A DNA stretch of 64,000 nt from Candidatus Omnitrophota bacterium (lineage in GTDB: Bacteria; Omnitrophota; Gorgyraeia; Gygaellales; Profunditerraquicolaceae): NCBI GenBank assembly GCA_016208765.1, contig JACQXK010000004.1, positions 84,243 through 148,242 on the forward strand. The letters run 5' to 3'. Positions 1 to 11,379 of the stretch are shown here, one piece after another. The notes below the pieces were generated by a model, which was given only the letters and a program-made list of their open reading frames with translations, had not been told where the DNA came from and made no database searches. Numbering within the stretch: the first letter of the stretch is position 1; every line of letters starts with the position of its first letter. Made by a program: the position numbers and the translations under genes.

Positions 1-3025
<3,025 letters not shown>

Positions 3026-3039
3026 ATTTAATCAGCCGC

Positions 3040-3273
3040 TTATTTATAAATATCAGGATTTATTCCCAACTTCTTGATCTTTACGCGCATAGTATTACGA
3101 TTTATCCCCAATATCCTTGCTGCTTTTAATTGATTGCCAAAGGTGCGTTCTAAGGCATATTCAAATAAAGGTTTTTCAATTATATCTAAAATTGCGCGAT
3201 ATACAAAGCCTTTTTTTTCCTTTAACAGGGATTCTTCAATTTCAATTAATTTTTCTTTTAGTCCATCAACCAT
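3040..3273 (-). CDS. Stand-alone Fis/NtrC-type helix-turn-helix protein
   Basis: ALERTFGNQLKAARILGINRNTMRVKIKKLGI matches the HTH_8 pattern. Confidence 0.85.
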   Translation of the reverse strand: MVDGLKEKLIEIEESLLKEKKGFVYRAILDIIEKPLFEYALERTFGNQLKAARILGINRNTMRVKIKKLGINPDIYK

Positions 3274-3310
3274 GGCATATCCTGCTTAAAGTTTAGGCAA
3301 AGGATTTGTT

Positions 3311-3398
3311 AAAAAATAGAGGCGTCCATAACAGCCTAAGGTTAAGCTTTTATGAACGCCCCTTTGCGTTTAGTCTTAGTTTAGCACAACTGCGTGCC
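3311..3398 (-). promoter_or_regulatory. ANTAR-type dual-hairpin attenuator (leader of the HTH-gltB operon)
   Basis: Hairpins GGCAC-GCAGTT-GTGCT and AACGC-AAAGGG-GCGTT have hexaloops with G4. The second overlaps the 5' arm of terminator GGCGTTCATAA...TTATGGACGCC-TCTATTTTTT. Confidence 0.75.
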
Positions 3399-3404
3399 TT
3401 ATAT

Positions 3405-3434
3405 TACAAGTAAATAAATTTCTTTCTTGGTAAC
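3405..3434 (-). promoter_or_regulatory. Conserved promoter-like motif GTTACCA-N13-TTTACTTGTA, copy 1
   Basis: Identical half-sites and spacing at four operon starts. Confidence 0.8.
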
Positions 3435-3436
3435 TA

Positions 3437-5632
3437 CTACTTTATAAAAAGCATCTCGCGGTACTTCGGCAGGTCCCAATGCTCGTCTGAGACTACCATT
3501 TCCAGATCATCAACATGCTTACGAATGTGATCCATTAACGGCTTCATTTCTTTATAATATACTTCTGCCCGTTTCTCCTGCTCCATTAAAGATGCTTTCT
3601 CTAAAAGCTTCTTTAATACTCCGGCATTACGCCTTACATAATAAATCTTTGCAACCACCTCATCTAAATGGTCTTTTAGATCCTCAAGCGCCTTTGTATC
3701 AGGCTTTAAACCGGTTTGTTTCTTCAAATTTGCCAAATCAATCAGGTTATCAGCCAATAATTTCTGATACTCAAAGCCTGCCGGAGCAACGCTTGCATTT
3801 ACCATTTCAATTAAAGTGTTTGCCTCAATTTCAAGGGTCAGGTTATACATGTGAATCCAAATATGGTAACGCGCAACCAGCTCTTCCTTGGATAAAACTT
3901 TATATTTTTCAAAGAGGGCTATATTTTCCTTTTTAATAAAAGCCTCTAATGCCTCAAATGTAGCAGCAACATTAGGAAGCCCTCTTTTCGTTGCCTCTTT
4001 TAACCACTCCTCAGAATAATTATTTCCCTCAAAACGCACATCCTTGGTTTCTTTAACCACCTGTGCAATTACCTGCAATACCGCAGAATTAAAATCTTTA
4101 CCGCTTGCCTGCGCTTTTTTGATTTTATCAGCAACATAATCAAGGGAGTCGGCAATAATGGTATTAATTACCGTAATTGATGTAGAAATATTCTGGGATG
4201 AACCTACGGCGCGAAATTCAAATTTCTGCCCGGTAAAAGCAAAAGGAGAAGTGCGGTTCCTGTCGGTTGAATCCTTGCTAAAAGTAGGCAGCCGGGCAAT
4301 TCCAAAATCAATAATATCGCTTTTTGAGATCTGCTTCTTTGTGCCTTTTTCAATCGTATCCAAAACGCGCGACAGCTGATCCCCCAGGAAAACACTGATA
4401 ATTGCAGGAGGAGCTTCATTTGCTCCTAAACGATGCTCGTTTCCGGCAAGAGCGACACTTGCGCGCAAAAGATCGGCATGCAGATAAACCGCTCTTAAAA
4501 CCGCGGACAACACTGCTAAAAACTGCAGGTTATCTTCCGGCGTTTGCCCGGGATTAAGCAGGTTGTTTCCTTTATCATCAGCTAACGACCAATTCAAATG
4601 CTTTCCGCTGCCGTTTATCCCTGCAAAAGGCTTCTCGTGTAAGAGGCAAACTAAATTATGGCGCAAAGCGACTTTCTTCATCAATTCCATCAAAAGCTGG
4701 TTGTGGTCAGCAGCAATGTTAGATTCCTCAAAAATCGGGGCAAACTCATATTGATGAGGCGCAACTTCATTATGCCTGGTCATTACGGGAATTCCTAACT
4801 TATACGCTTCCTCAGCAACTTCAAACATAAAATTCAAAACCCGCTCTTTAATTGTCCCGAAATATTGATCCTCTAACTGCTGGCCTTTAGGAGATGCTGC
4901 TCCTACAAGCGTCCTTCCGGTAAGCAAAAGATCCTGCCTTAGGTTATAATAATTTTTATCAATCAGAAAATACTCCTGCTCAGGGCCGCAGGTTGAAAAA
5001 ATCTTTTTAATATCTTTATGCCCGAAAACTTCCAGCAAATTCTTGGCTGCCTTGTTTAAAGCCTCGTCGGAACGTAAAAGCGGCAGTTTCTTATCCAAGG
5101 CCTCACCGTGATAAGAAATAAATATTGTCGGAATACAAAGGGTTTTCCCTAACTTACTCTCAATGATAAATGCCGGGCTTGAGGGATCCCATGCAGTATA
5201 TCCTCTTGCTTCAAAAGTAGCACGGATACCACCGGAAGGAAATGAGCTTGCATCCGGTTCGCCCTGAATAAGCTTTGATCCGGAAAATTTTTCAATCACC
5301 TTGCCCGGGCCGGTAATAGAAATAAAACTATCGTGCTTCTCTGCGGTCAAGCCGGTCATCGGCTGAAACCAGTGTGTGTAATAAGTAGCCCCTTTTGAAA
5401 TTGCCCACTCTTTCATGGCGTTGGCAATCTCATTAGCCTGTTCTTTGGAAATTTGTTTGCCCTCAGACATCCACGTCTTAAATGCCTCAAAGGTTGCATT
5501 GGAAATATACTTTTGCATAGTTTCAATATTAAAAGTATTCTCTCCAAAGTAAGCGGATACTTTTTCCGGCAAGTCCACCGTTTCTATTTCTATGCTCTTT
5601 ATCTTGGTCAACAACTCCTGTCTGATACCCAT
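3437..5632 (-). CDS. glnA: Glutamine synthetase type III
   Basis: HWFQPMTGLTAEKHDSF, GEPDASSFPSGG, HNEVAPHQYE and DRNRTSPFAFTG. Start set at ATG 5632 after a GGAGG RBS. Confidence 0.96.
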   Translation of the reverse strand: MGIRQELLTKIKSIEIETVDLPEKVSAYFGENTFNIETMQKYISNATFEAFKTWMSEGKQISKEQANEIANAMKEWAISKGATYYTHWFQPMTGLTAEKHDSFISITGPGKVIEKFSGSKLIQGEPDASSFPSGGIRATFEARGYTAWDPSSPAFIIESKLGKTLCIPTIFISYHGEALDKKLPLLRSDEALNKAAKNLLEVFGHKDIKKIFSTCGPEQEYFLIDKNYYNLRQDLLLTGRTLVGAASPKGQQLEDQYFGTIKERVLNFMFEVAEEAYKLGIPVMTRHNEVAPHQYEFAPIFEESNIAADHNQLLMELMKKVALRHNLVCLLHEKPFAGINGSGKHLNWSLADDKGNNLLNPGQTPEDNLQFLAVLSAVLRAVYLHADLLRASVALAGNEHRLGANEAPPAIISVFLGDQLSRVLDTIEKGTKKQISKSDIIDFGIARLPTFSKDSTDRNRTSPFAFTGQKFEFRAVGSSQNISTSITVINTIIADSLDYVADKIKKAQASGKDFNSAVLQVIAQVVKETKDVRFEGNNYSEEWLKEATKRGLPNVAATFEALEAFIKKENIALFEKYKVLSKEELVARYHIWIHMYNLTLEIEANTLIEMVNASVAPAGFEYQKLLADNLIDLANLKKQTGLKPDTKALEDLKDHLDEVVAKIYYVRRNAGVLKKLLEKASLMEQEKRAEVYYKEMKPLMDHIRKHVDDLEMVVSDEHWDLPKYREMLFIK

Positions 5633-5721
5633 AAAAACCTCCACATAGTTAATGCGCACTTACGCCATTCCACATAAGCGTAATGTGCCTGTTATTTGTT
5701 ATATTCTACTATATTTTCCAG

Positions 5722-5792
5722 AAAAAACAAAGGCGTTCTTTTTATTAAGAACGCCTGCGTTCAAATTCGTTGTGTTGGCACTGCAATGTACC
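5722..5792 (-). promoter_or_regulatory. ANTAR-type dual-hairpin attenuator (glnA leader)
   Basis: GGTAC-ATTGCA-GTGCC and GAAC-GCAGGC-GTTC. The second overlaps terminator AGGCGTTCTT...AAGAACGCCT-TTGTTTTTT. Confidence 0.78.
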
Positions 5793-5819
5793 ATAGCATA
5801 ATTCCTGCTCTACTCTTAT

Positions 5820-5849
5820 TACAAGTAAACTTGTATCTATTTTGGTAAC
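5820..5849 (-). promoter_or_regulatory. Conserved promoter-like motif, copy 2
   Basis: GTTACCA-N13-TTTACTTGTA upstream of glnA. Confidence 0.8.
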
Positions 5850-5868
5850 AAACTTTTAGTGGAACTAA

Positions 5869-6117
5869 TTATCCAATAGCAAGAGAGCCTCTCTCCCCTG
5901 TGCGTATGCGCACGCATTCAGATAACTCCATAACAAATATCTTACCGTCTCCTGTTGAGCCGCTTTTAGCGCCGTTAATAATGGCGTTAATGGCTGGTTC
6001 AAGGAAATTATCATTTACAGCTATTTCAAGACGGATCTTACGCAGGAGATTACCTGTTTCTTTGGCTCCGCGATAAACCTCGGTAACACCCTTTTGCCGA
6101 CCATGGCCCAAGCACAA
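5869..6117 (-). pseudogene. glnK: P-II nitrogen regulatory protein lacking its N-terminus, joined out of frame to the truncated amt
   Basis: GHGRQKG..YRG T-loop, TGDGKIFV and RIRTGERG are present. The first ~30 P-II residues are absent. Confidence 0.75.
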
Positions 6118-7246
6118 ATTTATAGATCACAATTGTCCCGACAAACGTAAAACCAACAGCAACCGCAACACCCAGCAATTGAATAAACAGTTGTTTTGGA
6201 TTCCCAAAAAACAATCCGTCAGCTCCGGCAGGGTTAATCGCTTTTGAAGCAAACAAACCTGTGGCAATGGTCCCTAATATCCCGCCTACACCATGCACGC
6301 CAAAGGCATCAAGAGAATCGTCATAATTAAACATTGGTTTAATCAGCGCAACGGAGATAAAACAAAAAATACTTGCCAAAACCCCGATGATCAAAGCAGA
6401 TAGCGGGCTGACAAAACCACAAGCAGGCGTAATAGTAGCTAAACCGGCAATTATTCCGGTGACAGTCCCAAAGACCGTAGGTTTTCCATTGCGGATCCAC
6501 TCAAGCACCGCCCAGCTTAAACCTGCGCTTGCAGCAGCGGTATTTGTAACCACAAATGCATTGGCTGCCAAGCCATTTGCCGCAAGAGCGCTTCCTGCGT
6601 TAAAACCAAACCATCCAAACCAGAGCAATGCTGTTCCCAAAACCACTAAGGGCAAATTATGCGGAGCTGGCAAATGATGATCCATATTCTTACGCTTACC
6701 TATAATTATTGCCGTAACTAAAGCTGTAATCCCGGCGCTGGTATGCACAACAATCCCTCCTGCAAAATCAAGAACGCCCAAATTCTTTAACCATCCTCCA
6801 TCACCCCAAACCCAATGACAAAGCGGATCATACACAAAAGTCGCCCAAAGAAGCGTAAACACCAAAAAAGCAGAGAATCTTATTCTCTCAGCAAAAGCAC
6901 CAATAATCAGAGCTGGAGTGATCACAGCAAACATTGATTGAAAAGACATAAAAGCAATATGAGGTATAGTTACGCCATACGCTGCATAAGGTTCTGTTCC
7001 TACTCCAATCAAACCCAACCACGATAAACCACCCCAGAAACCTTTTCCCGGAGCAAAAGAAAGGCTATAACCAAAGATTACCCATTGCACGCTTAAAAGG
7101 CATATTGCCACAAAACACTGCATCAACACACTCAAAACATTTTTTCGCCTGACCATCCCTCCATAGAAGAAAGCCAGACCCGGAGTCATCAGCAAAACCA
7201 GGGCTGTTGAAAACAAAACCCATGCCGTATCACCTGAATTAATCAT
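6050..7246 (-). CDS. amtB: Ammonium transporter, copy 2 (C-terminal tail replaced by out-of-frame P-II sequence)
   Basis: [31 protein letters not shown] and DDSLDAFGVHG. Similarity to copy 1 ends at IVIYKFV. Confidence 0.9.
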   Translation of the reverse strand: MINSGDTAWVLFSTALVLLMTPGLAFFYGGMVRRKNVLSVLMQCFVAICLLSVQWVIFGYSLSFAPGKGFWGGLSWLGLIGVGTEPYAAYGVTIPHIAFMSFQSMFAVITPALIIGAFAERIRFSAFLVFTLLWATFVYDPLCHWVWGDGGWLKNLGVLDFAGGIVVHTSAGITALVTAIIIGKRKNMDHHLPAPHNLPLVVLGTALLWFGWFGFNAGSALAANGLAANAFVVTNTAAASAGLSWAVLEWIRNGKPTVFGTVTGIIAGLATITPACGFVSPLSALIIGVLASIFCFISVALIKPMFNYDDSLDAFGVHGVGGILGTIATGLFASKAINPAGADGLFFGNPKQLFIQLLGVAVAVGFTFVGTIVIYKFVLGPWSAKGCYRGLSRSQRNR

Positions 7247-7275
7247 AACCAGCCTCCTCCTTATTTGCCTTATCT

Positions 7276-7352
7276 AAAAAACAAAGGCGTCCTTTAAATA
7301 AAGAACGCCTGCGTTCAATTTATGCTGTAACTGCTTCCGCACTCCGACGTGC
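7276..7352 (-). promoter_or_regulatory. ANTAR-type dual-hairpin attenuator (amt copy 2 leader)
   Basis: GCAC-GTCGGA-GTGC and GAAC-GCAGGC-GTTC. The second overlaps terminator AGGCGTTCTTT...AAAGGACGCCT-TTGTTTTTT. Confidence 0.75.
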
Positions 7353-7416
7353 TTAAGCATAAATCCATTAAAGCTGAGTTATAAGAAAAATACCCAACTT
7401 TTCGGATTATTATAAG

Positions 7417-7446
7417 TACAAGTAAAGAATTGGCTGTTTTGGTAAC
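7417..7446 (-). promoter_or_regulatory. Conserved promoter-like motif, copy 3
   Basis: GTTACCA-N13-TTTACTTGTA upstream of amt copy 2. Confidence 0.8.
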
Positions 7447-7464
7447 CCTTTTTTATCCTTTTTT

Positions 7465-7713
7465 CTATCCTATTGCCATCACCCCCCTCTCCTCAGTACG
7501 TATACGTATGCATTCAGATAACTCCATAACAAATATCTTACCGTCTCCTGTTGAGCCGCTTTTAGCACCGTTAATAATGGCGTTAATGGCTGGTTCAAGG
7601 AAATTATCATTTACAGCTATTTCAAGACGGATCTTACGCAGGAGATTACCTGTTTCTTTGGCTCCGCGATAAACCTCGGTAACACCCTTTTGCCGACCAT
7701 GGCCCAAGGCCAC
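7465..7713 (-). pseudogene. glnK: P-II nitrogen regulatory protein lacking its N-terminus
   Basis: Nearly identical in DNA to 5890-6112. It begins at LGHGRQKG only 8 nt after the amt stop codon. Confidence 0.75.
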
Positions 7714-7721
7714 AATACTAA

Positions 7722-8951
7722 TTATTCTAAAACAGTATACGCGCTTTCACGGTGCTGGGTAAGGTCTAAACCGATAACCTCATCCTTCTCTGATACCCTG
7801 ATACCAATAAACAGATCCACCAATTTATAAATAACAAAAGTTGTAACAGCAGTATAAACAATGGTAACAAGCACTGTTATTAACTGCACCAAAAATTGTT
7901 TTGGATTCCCAAAAAATAATCCGTCAGCTCCGGCAGGGTTAATTGCCTTTGAAGCGAAGAGCCCTGTTGCCAAAGCGCCCCAAATCCCACCCACACAATG
8001 CACGCCAAAAGCATCCAGCGCATCGTCATATCCTAATCTCGGCTTTATGATCGTTACTGCCACAAAACAAAACACGCTTACTAATAACCCGATCACAATT
8101 GCCGGCACCACCCCCACGTAACCGGCTGCAGGAGTAATTGCCACAAGCCCTGCTACTGCGCCGCTGACTGTTCCAAAAAGAGTAGGCTTACCATTACGCA
8201 ACCATTCAATCAGCGCCCAGGAAAGTCCTGCAGCAGCAGCCGCAGTATTAGTAACCACAAACGCGTTTACTGCCAAGCCATTTGCCGCAAGAGCACTTCC
8301 TGCGTTAAAACCAAACCATCCGAACCAAAGTAATGCCGTACCTAAAACTACAAAAGGCAAATTATGCGGAGCAGGCAAATGATGATCAAGATTTTTCCTG
8401 CGGCCGATTACAAGCGCTGTTACAATAGCTGCAATTCCAGCGTTAATATGCACAACTGTTCCGCCTGCAAAATCCAAAGCTCCTAAATTTCTTAAAAATC
8501 CTCCTATGCCCCACACCCAATGGCAAAGCGGATTATACACAAAAGTCGCCCAGAGAATTGTAAAAACTAAAAACGCCGAAAATTTCATCCTCTCGGCAAA
8601 AGCTCCAATAATAAGCGCCGGCGTAATAATTGCGAACATCGCCTGAAAGATCATAAATGCCTGATGAGGAATTGTTCCTGCATAATCTGCATACGGCTCA
8701 AGGCCCACGCCATTTAAAGCAAACCAACTAAATCCTCCCCAAAAGCCTTTTCCGGGAGCAAATGACAAGCTATAACCGAATAAAACCCATTGCAGGCTTA
8801 AAACACAAAGCACAATAAAACACTGCATCAGAACCCCGAGAATATTCTTGCGCCTGACCATACCCCCATAAAAAAATGCCAGGCCCGGCGTCATAAGCAT
8901 TACTAACGCCGTAGACATCAACACCCATGCTGTATCACCTGCATTAATCAT
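7722..8951 (-). CDS. amtB: Ammonium transporter, copy 1 (complete)
   Basis: Full Amt motifs including the C-terminal [24 protein letters not shown]. Confidence 0.96.
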   Translation of the reverse strand: MINAGDTAWVLMSTALVMLMTPGLAFFYGGMVRRKNILGVLMQCFIVLCVLSLQWVLFGYSLSFAPGKGFWGGFSWFALNGVGLEPYADYAGTIPHQAFMIFQAMFAIITPALIIGAFAERMKFSAFLVFTILWATFVYNPLCHWVWGIGGFLRNLGALDFAGGTVVHINAGIAAIVTALVIGRRKNLDHHLPAPHNLPFVVLGTALLWFGWFGFNAGSALAANGLAVNAFVVTNTAAAAAGLSWALIEWLRNGKPTLFGTVSGAVAGLVAITPAAGYVGVVPAIVIGLLVSVFCFVAVTIIKPRLGYDDALDAFGVHCVGGIWGALATGLFASKAINPAGADGLFFGNPKQFLVQLITVLVTIVYTAVTTFVIYKLVDLFIGIRVSEKDEVIGLDLTQHRESAYTVLE

Positions 8952-8969
8952 CTCTTTCCTCCTTTTTGA

Positions 8970-9767
8970 TTAAAAATCCATATCCAGCTGAAAAGTAACT
9001 GTATTTCTTAAATTTTTATTATTGTAAATGTCGTAACCAAATATCGCGGAAATATTGTTTGTGAACTTCCATGAAAAACCAACGTTAAGCGCCCCATAAG
9101 AAGATTGCGTTCCCTGATAATCAACACACAGCCAAAGTTTATCAGATATTTCTGACATGGTGCGCTCCCAGGCAAATAGCGGCCCGATATTGTCCCGTTC
9201 AGAATCTTTATCCCTTAATAATTTGGCGTTACCGTTAAAATATCCGGCGGAGAATCTGCCCAAATTAAACTTGCCAATATTAATTGTTTTTGCCCCTCTA
9301 AGATACCAAACATTATTATTTGTTTTATTGCGTTTTGTGCCGACATCATACACGCCGATGGCAAATGCTGGCATATTCTTAAAATAAGCATCCTCAGGCA
9401 CAGCCGCTTTAAAATTAAAGTAAAACGGATATGTATCTAATGATGAACCAAATCCTTTCTTATAATCAAACCCTGTTTCAGCCATAATTTTCCCTAAAGG
9501 CTGCCAAACACGCCCCAATAAATTATCTTCAGGTTTGTCAGACAAAAGGCTGAACGTAGAGCCATAGACTTGCTGAATATATGTTTTTATTTCATTCTTG
9601 TCTTTGCTTCTTACCGGGAAATACAAATCAGAGCCGATATGTATTTTCTTATATGGCTGGATATCTGTAGATGGCGACCAGATCAAAGTTGTAGGCGTAG
9701 CGAAAACAATTGCCGCATTTAAAACAAAAAACATCAAACCAAGAATTATTACACCCGTTTTTTTCAT
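8970..9767 (-). CDS. Exported protein, probable outer-membrane beta-barrel
   Basis: Signal peptide, alternating aromatic beta-strands and C-terminal FQLDMDF. Confidence 0.65.
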   Translation of the reverse strand: MKKTGVIILGLMFFVLNAAIVFATPTTLIWSPSTDIQPYKKIHIGSDLYFPVRSKDKNEIKTYIQQVYGSTFSLLSDKPEDNLLGRVWQPLGKIMAETGFDYKKGFGSSLDTYPFYFNFKAAVPEDAYFKNMPAFAIGVYDVGTKRNKTNNNVWYLRGAKTINIGKFNLGRFSAGYFNGNAKLLRDKDSERDNIGPLFAWERTMSEISDKLWLCVDYQGTQSSYGALNVGFSWKFTNNISAIFGYDIYNNKNLRNTVTFQLDMDF

Positions 9768-9790
9768 TTATTGCATCCTCCTTTTAAAAT

Positions 9791-9908
9791 AAAAAGCGCC
9801 TTTCTATCCAACACTGGAAAAAGAAAGACGCCCGCGTCTTAAAACCACCCTATAAACAAAAAAGCGTTCTTTATAGAACGCCCATGTCTTATACACCTCT
9901 GTGTGTAT
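9791..9908 (-). promoter_or_regulatory. Tandem ANTAR-type attenuator: three hexaloop hairpins and two terminators
   Basis: ATACAC-ACAGAG-GTGTAT; GAC-ATGGGC-GTT overlapping terminator GCGTTCT..AGAACGC-T6; AAGAC-GCGGGC-GTCTT overlapping terminator GCGTCTTTCT..AGAAAGGCGC-T5. Confidence 0.75.
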
Positions 9909-9936
9909 TTGCTGCGAAATATTGCACTTACATCAA

Positions 9937-9966
9937 TACAAGTAAAAACCCTCTTTATCTGGTAAC
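9937..9966 (-). promoter_or_regulatory. Conserved promoter-like motif, copy 4
   Basis: GTTACCA-N13-TTTACTTGTA immediately after the sigma gene stop codon. Confidence 0.8.
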
Positions 9967-10485
9967 CTAATCCAGGTATTTTTTACACTTTCCCCTGATA
10001 CTTGCCATCATTTTCACTACGCGCACATGAGAAACTCCGCAGCATTTTCCGATTTCTCTTGTAGTCAGCCCCTCGGAAAATAACCTTAGAAGCTGTTTTT
10101 CCCGGGTTGTAAAACCGTTGTTATGAATAGTTTCAGCAAGTAATTTACTGTTTAAAGTATCAAGAAAATTATCCGCAGAGGTATCCCTAAGAAGCAAGGA
10201 CTCCTCAAAATTGTTCCCCTCCTGATTAACAATTGCCTCAATACTTACAAGCCTTGATTTATCTTTTATCTTACGTAAATAATTCCTTAAATGAAAATAG
10301 CAGCCCTGTAATACATAGCTATCGGTCTTATCTGTCAGCTTTCCGGATGAGTAATCCTGCCAAAGATGCACAAGCGCCTCCTGATAAAGATCGTCATCCC
10401 CAAGAAAACGGCAGTAGCCGTTTAATTTATAGGTAATCCGCCTTAAAACAGGAGAAATCTTCTTTACTATTTGTTCAAATTCCAT
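9967..10485 (-). CDS. Sigma-70 family (ECF-like) RNA polymerase sigma factor
   Basis: Region 2 DDLYQEALVHLW and region 4 HTH FTTREKQLLRLFSEGLTTREIG. Start moved to ATG 10485 because the ORF-track start lies inside a terminator. Confidence 0.85.
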   Translation of the reverse strand: MEFEQIVKKISPVLRRITYKLNGYCRFLGDDDLYQEALVHLWQDYSSGKLTDKTDSYVLQGCYFHLRNYLRKIKDKSRLVSIEAIVNQEGNNFEESLLLRDTSADNFLDTLNSKLLAETIHNNGFTTREKQLLRLFSEGLTTREIGKCCGVSHVRVVKMMASIRGKCKKYLD

Positions 10486-10507
10486 ACCCCTCATCCTTAT
10501 AGAAAAC

Positions 10508-10622
10508 AAAAAAGCGCCCATAATCCATTGCTGGATAAAGGACGCCTCAGTCCAAAAAAAAGCCTTCGCGGCATATTAACTTTGCCTTGAAGACCTCTGT
10601 GTCTCTATTACATCACTGTAAT
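10508..10622 (-). promoter_or_regulatory. Tandem ANTAR-type attenuator upstream of the sigma gene
   Basis: ATTAC-AGTGAT-GTAAT; AGAC-ACAGAG-GTCT overlapping terminator GTCTTC..GAAGGC-T8; GGAC-TGAGGC-GTCC overlapping terminator GCGTCC..GGGCGC-T6. Confidence 0.75.
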
Positions 10623-10653
10623 TAATTAAAGTTTACCACAAAATACCTTCTTG

Positions 10654-11376
10654 TCAAGTTTTACCTTTAATATCTCTGGCTAAAATAATTGCCTCGGCTA
10701 TTTCGCGCATGGTTTTACGGGTGTCCATGCTTTGTTTCTGGATCAGGCGAAATGCCTCAGAAGAAGAAATATTGGCTTCCTGAGAAAGAATGTCTTTTGC
10801 GCGTTCAATAAGCTTACGTGTGGTCAGGGCTTCTTCGGCGCTTCGCGCACGCAGGTCAAGCTCGGCATTTTCAATTGCTACTGCCGCCTGATTTGCAAGT
10901 GCGGTTAAAACATCCATCTCCTGTTTGGAGAATTTATGTTTTTTAGATGTGTAACAGTTTAATACCCCGATTACTTTGGATTTAACCGATAGAGGAACGC
11001 ATGCCAAAGAAACCAGATTCTCAGCCTTTGCAATATCGCGGTTTAAATAACCCGCATCCTTACGCACATCCTCCACGTAAACCGCCTTGTTTTCCAAAGC
11101 AACAACTCCGGCAATCCCCTGGCCTAATTTGATATTTGGTTTTTTATTATATGCTTCTGAGATAGATTGTGTTGCCCGCACCACCAGTTCTTTTTTCTCA
11201 GGATCAAGCAGTAAAAGCGAGGAAACCTTGGAATTCATCACCTCGGCAGTGACCTGCACCACCAAACGCAGCAATTCATCCAAATACAAACCTGAAGTGA
11301 TCAGGTTAGCTATTTTGGAAAGCGCCTCAATCTGTTTAACATAAATTTGATAGTGCCGGGCTTTAGTAGTAGACAT
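10654..11376 (-). CDS. GAF + ANTAR domain RNA-binding antiterminator
   Basis: N-terminal GAF domain. C-terminal RKLIERAKDIL...EAFRLIQKQSMDTRKTMREIAEAII is an ANTAR motif. Confidence 0.93.
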   Translation of the reverse strand: MSTTKARHYQIYVKQIEALSKIANLITSGLYLDELLRLVVQVTAEVMNSKVSSLLLLDPEKKELVVRATQSISEAYNKKPNIKLGQGIAGVVALENKAVYVEDVRKDAGYLNRDIAKAENLVSLACVPLSVKSKVIGVLNCYTSKKHKFSKQEMDVLTALANQAAVAIENAELDLRARSAEEALTTRKLIERAKDILSQEANISSSEAFRLIQKQSMDTRKTMREIAEAIILARDIKGKT

Positions 11377-11379
11377 AAT

